Assembly: GCF_006345805.1 (NCBI RefSeq) | Contig: NC_043000.1 | Span: forward strand, 64,170,001 to 64,234,000 | DNA: 64,000 bases | Origin: Octopus sinensis | Lineage: Eukaryota | Reading direction: 5' to 3' | In this document: positions 28,478-40,400 of the stretch, in pieces | Layout: the number at the start of each line of letters is the position of its first letter | Position numbering within the stretch: the stretch's first letter is position 1 | The notes under the pieces: generated by a model | Database searches by the model: none | What the model saw: the letters and a program-made list of their open reading frames with translations, nothing else | Told to the model about the DNA's origin: nothing | Position numbers and translations under genes: made by a program

Positions 28478-31400
28478 TTATATATAGAAATAAATGTACC
28501 TATGTTGGTATAACGTTAGCTCTCTTATCACGGAAATATAAAGGTGTGGGTTTGAGTCCCGAATATACACAGTGATCACTTATAAGCTTTAAAGCTTGTA
28601 AAATATTGTTATTATTTACAGAATTATCACTTGTCACTGCTTCTCAAATCCTCACAAATATATATATATATATATATATTGTATACATGCACACCTCACA
28701 TTGAGTACCTTTACTAATATGATTGTTAGATGCTATTTTTATAATGAACATTTTGCTTTGTAGATATCAAATGAGAAGGTTTGTGCTTATGTTGTACATG
28801 ATTGCTTGCTTGCAAAACAATAAAGAACTTGTTGAATGTATGACTTCATGACAATTTATCATTACTTACAGCATGTCTTTTGTGGAATCCATATGAATAT
28901 TTTTATGTTATGTTTAATAAGATTATCATGAGCATTATTAATTCACTTTCTTACATTCACTTACTACCATCTTATTTTGTCAATGGGCATGAATATGTAA
29001 AATCACTCTTGAAGCATCATCATCATCATCATCATTGCTTAATGTCCTCCTCCTATGCAGGCATGGGTTACATGATTTGACAGGAGCTGGCCAGGTAGAA
29101 GACTGCATCATACTTCTGTGTCTGTTTTGGCATGATTTTAACAGCTGGATGCCCTTCCTAACACCATCCACCCTGCAGAGTGGGTTGAGTGCCTTTTATG
29201 TGGCACCATCACAGATGAGGTCAGTTTTGGTATGGTTTTTACAGCTGGATGCCCTTCCAAATGCCAGCCACTTCACAGTGTGGACTGGATGCATTTTAAG
29301 TGGAACCAGCACTGGCAGGGTCACCAAGTAACTTGCAGGATAAGGGATCGTTGAGAGTGGGTATTGGAGGAGGTGATCTTGTGACAGATGATGAAATGTT
29401 AGAGTGTGACAGAGAGACAGAAATAGATGCCTTGTTGTTGAGGAGGTACATGGTTACCCAGCCAGAGAAAGAGTTCATAAGAAAGAGGGCAGAAACAGGT
29501 GTACTGCTGTAGAGGAGATACATGGTTATCCAGCCAGAGGGAAGAGTAATGGAGAGAGAGAGAGAGACAGAGTGAGAAATAGCAAGAGTGTAAGAGAGAG
29601 CAGGAGAGAGAGGTTGGCGAAGTGCCATAGCATACTCACAAGGTATAGGTATCAGAGCATAAATGGAATGGTAGAGTAAGGAAGAGAGAGATAAATGATG
29701 GCTGATACCAGGACATACCCTCAAGGTATGGAGGTTATATATGCGGCAGGGTATTGCCAAGAAGCCATGAGTAAGGAGTAGAGGTAGGAAATATTGTGAA
29801 TGATGAGAACCTGGGTTTATAAAGGGGTGGGGAAAGCAGTGATGCAGTGAGCACAGGATTGGGGAGTGGGAGATAATTGTAGTATATGAAGAGGAAATGT
29901 GGTGGAGAGAAGAGATACAGTTTGAAAGAGATGTAGTTTGGTTTGTTGGGGCAGGGTGTGTGAAAATTTTATTATTTGTGGGTGGAACACAATGCTTCTA
30001 GAACTCAGTTTTGTTTGATGTGGGCAGGTCTACTCTAGAAGCTCATGTCACCAGTCATCTCAGTTCATTGTCATTTCTTCCATGAGCCTCAACATCCCAT
30101 GTCTTCCTGGGTCTCCCTCTTCTGCAGGTGTCATCCACTTGTAGTGACTGACACTTCTTTATACAGCTGTCTTCATTCATATGCATCACATGTTTAACCA
30201 ATACAGTCTCCTCTCTTGCACACTGCATTTGATTCTCCTTATGCCCAACTTTTGCTCTTTGTTGTTTATACACATTGATGCTGCACATCCAGTGGAGCAT
30301 ACACATGTCCCCTGTGTCCAGAGCCCATGTCTCACTACCATGGAGTATAGCTGTTCATTCACAAGCATCATGCAATCTACCTTTCACTCTGAAAGATAGT
30401 CCTTTTGTTGCCAATAGAGGTAGTAGCTCTCTGAACTTTCTCCATTTTATTCTTATTCTAGAAACAATTCTTTCAGAGCATCCACTGTCATTGCTAATTT
30501 GGTCACCTAAGTAACAGAAACTACTACCTCAAGAGAGCCTCCTGAGCATTTGAGAGAGTCTAAGTCCTGTGGGCTCTTAGTGCTTATTGTTCCTGCTCAT
30601 CTGCCACACATAAAGGCGACCTTATCTATTAATCTATTTGTGATTCCACTGCATCTATTATGGTGTCTATAACTTACACTGGGTGCAGTGAATGGAATTA
30701 CTTCGCACTCCTTTCCAAAATATTGAGCAGGGCTATTTACCTGACAGAAAGAGTCTTATCTGCTTTTTTGCTAACAACAACTTTGGTCTTTGCTAGGTTA
30801 ACTCTGAGGCCCTTTGATTCCAGGTTTTGCTTCCATACCTGGAATTTCTTCTCTAATTCTGCTCTAGATAATGCAATAAGATTGAGGTCATCATATAGTA
30901 GTTCCCATGGGCATCCAGTTTTGAATTCCTTGGTTATGGCCTGGAGGACTATGATGAATAGGAGTGAACTAAGAACTGAGCCCTGGTAAACACCTACCTG
31001 TATGCTAAATTCATCACTGTATTTATGGCTGACTCTCATCTTACTGACATCACAGTTGTACATGGCTTGTACAGCTCTAACAAGCTATTCCTCTAATCCT
31101 AGCTTCCTTAGAGACCACCAGATAAGAGAACAGGGGACTCTGCCAAAAGCTTTCTCCAAGTTGGCAAAAGCTAAGTACAATGGTTTACTTTTGACCAAAT
31201 ACTTTTCTTGCAGCTGTCTCACTAGAAAGATGGCAACTGTGGTACTCCTCCCAGGTACAAAACCAAACTGTGTCTTATCTAGTTTAATTTTATTCCTCAT
31301 CAATTGAGCTTATATCTCTTAATTTGTATTGTGACAGAAACAATTGAGGAATGCCTCTCTGTGTGTGTGTGTGTGTGTTGTGTGTGTGTGTGTGTGTGCT

Positions 31401-34400
31401 ACAACATACATGCAGTGTAACTGCTTGTGAAGGTGAAAATACACTGAGTAGATTGCTATCAAACATTCAGTTTTCCATCTTAAATGGATTAGAAGTGAAT
31501 CATTGTTTTCAATGGTAACTATTGTAGATTTGGTGAAACTCCTGCTAATTTACAGGCTCAAGTTAAGTAGAATGATGTGAGGCATGTTACCTTGTTTGGT
31601 AGTGGTTAGATTATCTCATGTCTAAAGACTGATTTAAAATTAAGAAAGCTGTATAACTTGATACAGAATTTAAAAAAAATTTATTGAGTGTATATATTTT
31701 TTTTCTAATATTTTAAAAAATAAAGATGCTGTTGCTAAGAATAGATTTTAAATTTTAAATATTTTGCTGATTTTTGAAGTACTCAGTGTTTCAACTAAAG
31801 TTGATTAATGTTTCAACTAATTTACTGTTTGACTACCAAAGTGTGAGAAACATGATCGTTTTAGTGAAACAGTAATTGTCTTATTATATATATTTCTAGT
31901 ACTGTTGTCAGAATACAAAGTATAATTATACGAGTTTATCCATATTTTTTTTCTTTGTGTTCTAATGTGTTGCTTTTTGAACCAGCAGTATTTAAAATGG
32001 ATCATATTTTTTTGTCTCTCATTTGTTAGTCTGAAGAGGAGACAAGATTGTGCTTGTAGTTAAATGCATTTGTTTAACTTGACTTTATCAAGAGAAACAA
32101 TGATCTTCAAGGATTCACTTCTTGAGTGGAAGGAATGGAGAACTTGCTTAGTATTAAATGTAACTATTAAGACACTCTAGAGGGGTGAGGCTTAAAAGAG
32201 GTAGGTCCTACCAGTAGATTGGTCTAGGACTTGGAGAGGCATGGAGGGACTTGTGACTATTGTGACTAGTTGCAAGGCCCCCATCCTTACAAAAATTTAA
32301 ATCTCCAATCCCTCTTGAATTTTGAGAGCATCCCCACCTACCAAATGCCATACATCTTGGGTCCCTAAAGCAGTCTTGTTCTGCTTTACTAAATTAATCT
32401 CAGAGGCCCTACTAGAGGTACATAGGTAGGTATATGAGCTAGACACAGTTGATAAATTCTGAGGCAGAAACCATTGTAGTTGTAGTAGGAGACAAACAGA
32501 AGGAAGACATAGTGTGCCTGTAGTAACTTGAGGTTGTGATGGTATTGACGGATAAAGGTTTGCCTTACACATGTATTATTTATTGGTTTGGGCTTCTTTA
32601 TGCTTGTTCCATCTGCATACCTCCTTTCCAATTTAATATCTATGTGTCACTTTTATGCTCTATTGTCATTGTTTAGTTTACTTTATTGTACCACCATTTT
32701 TAAAATTGTTTACTGCAATTCTTGTTCTATCTTCAGACCTAGTTCATTCTACTTCTGATTGACTGAATGACAATTCTAATCAATGAGATACCTGAATTTT
32801 TTAAATGATTCTCCACTCTGTAAAATTATTGTTCCTTATTGGCTGTTTCCAAAGCTTTCATTCTTTCCTCTGAACCATTTACTTCTTTCTGCTTCTCCCT
32901 TGTTGAAGGATATTGGAAATGCAGCAATGTGAGTCAAGTAACAATTCTGTCTTACATCAAGGCATGTTGTAATAGGAAAAAAATCTACTAAAGAAAATTA
33001 GTAGATAGAAAAGTGTTCTAAGCTTTTAATGAAACTTCCATTATCAGTTTTCAGAATCATTTAATATTTGAGTTAATTTCTTTATATATATTTGAAATAT
33101 TTATATTTACACTAATACATAAGTTTAGAAGTAATTAACAATCATAAGTGTAACTAACTTTCAATACAATATTTTACTCTGCAAGAATAGAGAATGACCT
33201 GAATAGGTGGAGTGATGAACAAAATATCTTGCAGTATTTACTTGCGTAACATTTGTTCAGAGTTCAAATGTTACTAAGGTTGATTTTTACCTTTCCTCCT
33301 TAGGTGGGAAAAGGGGATAAAATACATTACCAGTCACATACTAGGTCAATAACATTGACATATACTCCTCCTCTAAATCTGAGGCCTTGTACCTTTATTA
33401 GAATTTAATGTTACAATATTTTACTCTAAATAAGAACAATGGATTTTCAGAATTGATAGAATGATGAACAGAATGCCTTATGGTGTTTATTTCTGTCTTA
33501 TTACTTTCTAAGTTTGTATCTCACTAAAATTGACTTTGCCATAAATCCTCAGAGGTTAATAGAGTAAATAGTTATGTACCATTGTTAGAAAATGAGGAAT
33601 TGGTAGTCATTAGTGTCAGATAAAATACTTGGGGGTTTTGGTTATTTTCTCTACACTTTGAGTTCAAATCCTGCCAATGTCAACTTTGCCTTTCATCCTT
33701 TCAGGTTTGGTAAAATGCCAGTCTTGGACATTGGATTGACAAAATTGTTAGAATATTGGATGAGATACCTTGCAGCTGCTAGGTACCTTGATGAGGTACC
33801 TTGCAGCTCTTTGGGTTTTGAGCCAAAATATTACCTAAGTAATGAGATCCCACTGATGGCTTCAGCTAATTACTTCCATAAACCACAACTGATTACAAAA
33901 GCTGAAATGGTTAGAAGTCCTTTGTGGCATTTGCTATGACAGTTGATGATACCAATATTCAAAATTAATAGTTTACTCTACATGTTCCAACTTTCTATGC
34001 ATCTTAAAACTGTTTTACTTGTTCATAACTTCTTGTTTGTGTTGCTCTAATTTTTCTGTTTTCAGAGATATAGTTAACAGGTGATTTTAATCCAACACCA
34101 TGTGTTGAAACTGAATCAATTACATAATGAAAGTTCCATTTCAGCCATCTAAAACCACATAAAAACCTTGATTTTGTTTTTTTATATCATGTGGTGGCTT
34201 TTCCATTATATAATTGCTAATTTTATGTTACGAAAAAGAAATTCTGCTATTCTGTTAACCAATTTTGTATGATTGTATGTTTTGAATTGTGTTTTATTAG
34301 ATGGTGTAGTACAGTAATAATTTTGCAGTCTAGTTTCTAACTATTTGTTTATTAATTTTATGGAAAGCATAACATGTTACAAGTATTTTTTTTTCCTTTC

Positions 34401-37400
34401 TCCTAACTCTAACATTTTACATTTAATTATAAAAAGAAGAAATGTTAGCAACAAGTATTTGGTTGAATGAATCCCTGTTCAATTTCATCTATTTTAACAG
34501 TTACTCTGGAAAATATTAAATATAACTTGTTTGTTTTATTTTCCACTAGTTCTTCACATTCTCATGCTACTTTTAAACATTTCTTTTTACAGCTGGGAAA
34601 AAAGATTCTACAAAATGATTTACAAGTCTTGGCTCATAATTTATCTTTAGTTTCTAATGTAAGTACTTTTGTTTATATCCTTTGTTTCATTTTCTAATCT
34701 GTGTTTTATGTACTATGTCTGGAAGAAAGGGGTAGTGCCTATGCTGTTCACCAACACCCACAGGCCAATAATGTTGATGCCTGTAACATTTTGCTTAAAT
34801 TGGTGCAAGTTGACAACTGTAGAAAAGATATTAAGCAGGTAGAGTAATCTAGAGGGATGGTTTTCTATGAAAGAAGAACTTAGTGTAGTCATCATCATTC
34901 ATTGTTCGACCGTGGTCGAGACAATGGAATTTACCATGTTGCGCCAGACTTCACGGTCCATCATAGCATTACGGAGGTCCTGTTGCTGGATGCCTGTATC
35001 CCTGGAGATTACATCAGGGTAGGAGATTGTGCGCCCTCTGGTGTTGCAAGTAGATGGCTTCCAGAGGAGAAGAGTAGAAATTACTTCTTTTTCAGCTCTA
35101 CAACAATGTCCAGCAAACTGGACTCTCCTACCTTTCACAAGAGATGACACAGGTGGTAATTTCCCATATATTTGCATTTTAGTTGGATGGCGCCTCCACG
35201 AGAGATTTTGAGCTCTCATAAGGAGGCGAGTGTAGGTTCCATCCAACCGCCTCTCAAGCTTCTTTGATAACGTCCAGGTTTCTGAGCCATATAGTAGGAT
35301 TGGTTCGACTGTGGCTTTGAATATTTCAAGTTTGAATATTTCAACTTAGTGTAGTAATTAGCTAGATTCTTGGCAGGGTTTGATATATATCATCATCATT
35401 TAACATCTGCTTTCCATTCTGACATGAGGTAGATGGTTTGACTGGAGATTGTAAACTGAAGAGCTGCATCAGGCTCATTCTGTTTTGGTTTGGTTTCTAT
35501 GGCTGGATGCCCTTCATAACTCCAGCCACTCCACAGAGTAGGTTGGATGTCTATTACAATTCACTGGTACGAGTACCTTTCATGTGTCACCAGCACTGAC
35601 CAGAATATATATATATATGAAATTAAAAATATTGCATTTCTAAATCTCTCAGAGAGAGTTATACAGTAGCAGCACGATAAAGTGATGGTTTGTTGCCAAC
35701 TTAATGTGGCAGTCCCAGGAAAGGGAAGAATGCTACTGCTATTTAGCCCCAAGAAACACCATTTCCAGTTGGCTACATGATGCGAGGGAATGCAGTGTAA
35801 ATAACGGACAGTCAAGACTATTGAAAAGGTTGTAAGATGCAACGAAAATTTTAGGAGAATAAAAATAAGAAATAAGTGAAAATTTTACCGGTGAGTGTGT
35901 TACATTATAAGGCACAAAAAGAAAATGACTCTCCCCAGAAACAACAGAATATGCTTCAACACACGAACTCATATAAAGAATCTTGCAAACCAAATCCAAA
36001 AACGAAACCTCTGTAACATTTTGCTAAAAAATTTTTTTTGATTAATTGAATCATAAAATCAGATTCAGCCTAAAAAAAGTACATCAATGTACCAAATTTG
36101 AAAGTTTTCACTTAATTGTAAAATTTCAAAATCTGACAGCAACAGAAAGTATCTCCCTTTCTTTATGTCCATCTCTTTCATTTTTCACTTTTCTCATTGT
36201 AAACCTTCCCCCTCTATTTATATATTTACCACACTCACTTTCGGTATATGCACATCGCTCATGCTGGGTGTGTTTGTGTGTGTGTATGCATGTTTGTAAG
36301 GAGTTTCATTTGGGCAACAGAGTGATTTAGAAAAGGCATGTAAAAGATAATTTAATATCATACTTTTCTGTTAGTAAATACACTTTTTCTTACACACACA
36401 CATACACACCTGGATTAAAAATTTAAACTACAAAATTTTTTTCTGTTGTTGCTTAAATCCCAGCAATGGACCAACCATGGGTTAAACAAATCCTTGAAGA
36501 GGATGGTACCAGGTGGTTGTGAAAATTACCCAGCAATGACAGGATACTCAGCTAGTATAATATAAAATTGTGTATTTGTGAACTATACTCAAAATAATAT
36601 TACATTTTTTTTTGTATAGGGTGCCCTGAATGACACAGCTAAAGTTTTGATGCAAATCCATGATGTGACCTATCTTGCCATGGTAGAAGAAAAGGTATTT
36701 ACTTTGACAGTTTTCACTTCTACATATATTATGCTATTTCCTACAATTTTATTACTATTACATAAACTCATAGTTTGTGCCACATCATAGCACGATGTCA
36801 CTATATGCTCTACTAATTCAAAAGTATTTCATTCAATTCCAGTTAATATTAATTCTAATTTAGCTCCAGATAGCACATATCTACAAGCAAAAGCATTGTA
36901 GCTTTTTGTAACCATTCCTTTTTTTTTCTTTTTTTTCCCCCCTCAGACTATGTTATTAAATGTGTCCTTTAAGACAACATAGGGCGCTATTTGAATACTA
37001 TATCTGAAAAATTGAGCAGCTCTGTAGAGGCTCTCCCTTTGTGACTATTGCAGCTAATTTAGCCTATTTATCTGTACAATACATTTCTAATACTTATAAC
37101 TAATTACCATGTGTTAGATTAGCTACACAGTCATACATTTGTTTCACTATTATTGATGTTGGGTGTCTAGACTGTTCTGCTCAAGTGTGTGAGTATTTTG
37201 AAAATACATCATGGAGTGAAGACTGTGTCCTGCATAGTTATGGGCTGGCTTTTGGCTAGGCATAGCACCTGTTCAGCCACCCTGCCAGGAATACAACAAA
37301 GTCATGAGACTTAGCATGGTGGATTATAAAGAGGTAGTGGAAGAGCTTGACTCAGCCAATGATGCTTCTTACACTGATGCTGAGCAGAGGAATCCTAGAA

Positions 37401-40400
37401 GATCAACGGTCAGGACCACCAAGCTCTATCAAGAGAGTAATTGCAATGCTTCTATAGGGGTAACAGCCATGGTTGTGTAATCAGCAAATGAAAGATTCAC
37501 TGTAACTCAGGCTCCCAATTCAAATTCAAATAATGGCGTTGAATGGTGAAAGCAGAGAAAAGTAAAATACATCTCACAAACACAGGTTAACAAAATTAAC
37601 AAAGCAAATGTGATCCTTTTGTCTCCACCACAGACTGTTTATTGTACATTAGTTATTATTTTACTGATTCAAATAGATAAAAATTTAAGTGAACTTTCAT
37701 AGTAACTTACTGATCCTCTTACCACTCATGCTGTCTACTTTGGTATTTTAACACTGAACTGTTAATCAGTTTACTTCTACTGTTTCTTGGAATTCCGGTA
37801 GAACCACTTATTATTCTCTTTGCTGTACAATTCTTAATGTTTTCAACTGAATAAAATATACTGGTTCTGTGATATTTCATTCATATCTGATATTTAACTG
37901 TTTGACTTATTTCAGAATCGACTAAAGAAGAGTCTTGATGAAGTCAATCAAAAAATGAATATCACGGTAAATAAATTTAATTTGATACTCTTGAAGTGAG
38001 AACCAAAAATGCAATGCATTATTGATGTTTCATTTCATCTTCCATTTTTTTTTTACATGTCTTATTGTCAAAGCCATATTCCCAAATTCTAATGATATTT
38101 AGTAATTTCCTGTCTTTTTTTTTCTGTTTATGTAGACCAGTGGCTCTCAACCATGTTTTACTTGTGAACCCTTTTGATTCCTATTTTAACTCTACTGGAC
38201 CTCCATAGCCATTTGATGTATAAATTTTAAAAATCCTGTATTTTTATAATTAAATATTATTAGGAATTGTATAAGAAATTTATTGTAGAAGTATAAGCAC
38301 ATCAATTTTAACCACAAAATTTTATAAGGACCCTGGTTGGGAACCACTGATGTAGACTTTCAATTTTGTGTTTTCCTTTACATTATTGTACTGTAAACAT
38401 TATAAATTCGATGTATATAACAAAGTGACATCAATTTATGGTATTAATTCAATTAAATTCCTTTAAATGATTTTTAAACTCAATGCAACCATTACTTTAA
38501 GTACGTTATACATATCCATACTGTAATTTTGGGAAATCATAACGGGATACCACTTTTGGGTCTATTATATTGACTCTAAGTTATCTTTTATCATCTCGGA
38601 GGAGGGCAAAAGGAATTTTATTGTACCATCAGTACTAGAGAGGTTGTTCTGATTATTGTAAGTGAGGAGAGCCTTAGCTACCAATTAGAGATGTGAGTAT
38701 GGCAGTGATCTAACTTAACTTAGCATACAGATTGCCTCCATTTTGTAGAAATAGGGAGACAGTTGCAAAAATATCCTGGGTAGCTGGGAGTAACTCTGCA
38801 TTTGCAGTAAATTTCTATCCTATTTCCAGCTACTAAATTACTCCTGCCATGATCTTACTCTGATCTACCTTGGACTTAAAACTGGAACCACATGATTGCA
38901 AAGCAAACTTCATAACCACACAGCCATATATGTGTGTGTGTCCAGTGTGTTTGAGTGGAGTGATTTTTCAGTTAGGATATGAAACTTGAAACATGTTTAG
39001 CATTAACGAGCAACCTCACCCCTCTTAAATGTTAACTTTAGTAATAAATGTGTATGGAATGGTCAATGTTATTGTACCAATGAAAGCATACAAGGACTTA
39101 CTTTATTATATGTAGTATTCTGACATCTATCTTAATAGATATTCAATTTGCTTTTGATCTCACTTTCAAATTTCTCCTAATAGCATATCTTTTTTTTTTA
39201 AATATGCATGAGCAGACTATTTATTTTAATTATATTGTTTTTCAGGAACATCTTGATGATTTAATTAGAGACATTAATGAAACTGAAAATGAAATTAACA
39301 AAAATGGTACCAAAATAATCTCTGTGGTAAATATTTTTATTATTATTTAGTCTGAAGTCAGTTCTTATCGACAAGACCTATGATCAGTTATTCTAGCTGT
39401 GAATATCACATCTTTTTTTTCTCCCTACACACCAATGCATCTTGGATTACTTCATCCAAAGTGTCCTTCCCTTTCTAAGACTGTCGGATATGATTTGTGT
39501 GGGATTTAACCACAATTTCCAGCAAATCCAGTGACCACAAAGAGGCTCTCTCTATCATTCGTCATTTAGTGATGTCAACGCACATTTGTTTTGGGCATGA
39601 TTGCAGACATGTCACATAGCCCCTTTCTGTTATTGGTGACCATTGTCTCATTTTAAAAAAGAAATAAGCTTACTGATGTGATCCCAACTACTTATCTATC
39701 ACTTACAGGGTGACTGTGTTACCAATTACACTGTGGATCACCTGCGTGTTGTGTGAGGCTTAAGGAAGCAACTTCAGTATGAATAGTAAGAAACAGTAAA
39801 GAAGTACAAAATATAGATCATATCTTCTTTGTTGCTGCTTTTCAGCAATTTTCTGTCATCAATTATTTATCTCTTTATTTTACTTTTTTATGGCCATTAC
39901 ACACCATTTTTATGGCCATTACACACCATTTATGGCCATTACACACCATTTTATTCGTGAAAGTAGTTGCCTATTGTTTATAGGATCACATTTGACTTCT
40001 AGCGGCCTCTTCCCCCACTTTTTTTGCACCTGACTACAATCCATGTTAGCATAGAAAATTGATGTTTTACCAATTCTGATAACCCTACTAAATATACATT
40101 TTCAATGATAATTTTTTTTTTTATGAGTGTAATATATTTATTTATTTTCATTTATACAGGTGCTGAAAATTGTTATCAAAAATATTAGCACTATAGTTGT
40201 GGATTCCATAGAAATGGTAGCCAATAAGGTAATTAAGCATTTATTCTCAGACTCACCCTTTATATTGTTGGATAGTTCAAGACCTCACCTCTGCTTATGC
40301 AATTATCACATTATCACCTTTTCAACTCTATCCGTCTCTTTTTTTCAATCTTATCATAAATCCCTTTCATCTCCCCTGTTCCTTGCCATTACACCCTCAG

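Noticed and set aside
28494-28570. tRNA-like stretch (tggtataacg...gtgggtttgagtcccg)
   Set aside because: A- and B-box-like motifs are present, but the acceptor and anticodon stems do not pair. At best it is a decayed SINE head, not a tRNA gene.
34440-34454. Alternative m5 candidate (A+NVSN+AA, CAA|gtattt)
   Set aside because: It is phase 2-2 with a purine-rich acceptor, and I found no following exon to restore phase 0. Not excluded, but unsupported.
36464-36505. Possible phase 0-0 exon [14 protein letters not shown] before exon 14
   Set aside because: Weak donor (ATG|gtacca), and the upstream sequence resembles the family D repeat end. The LNKSLKR similarity is probably chance.
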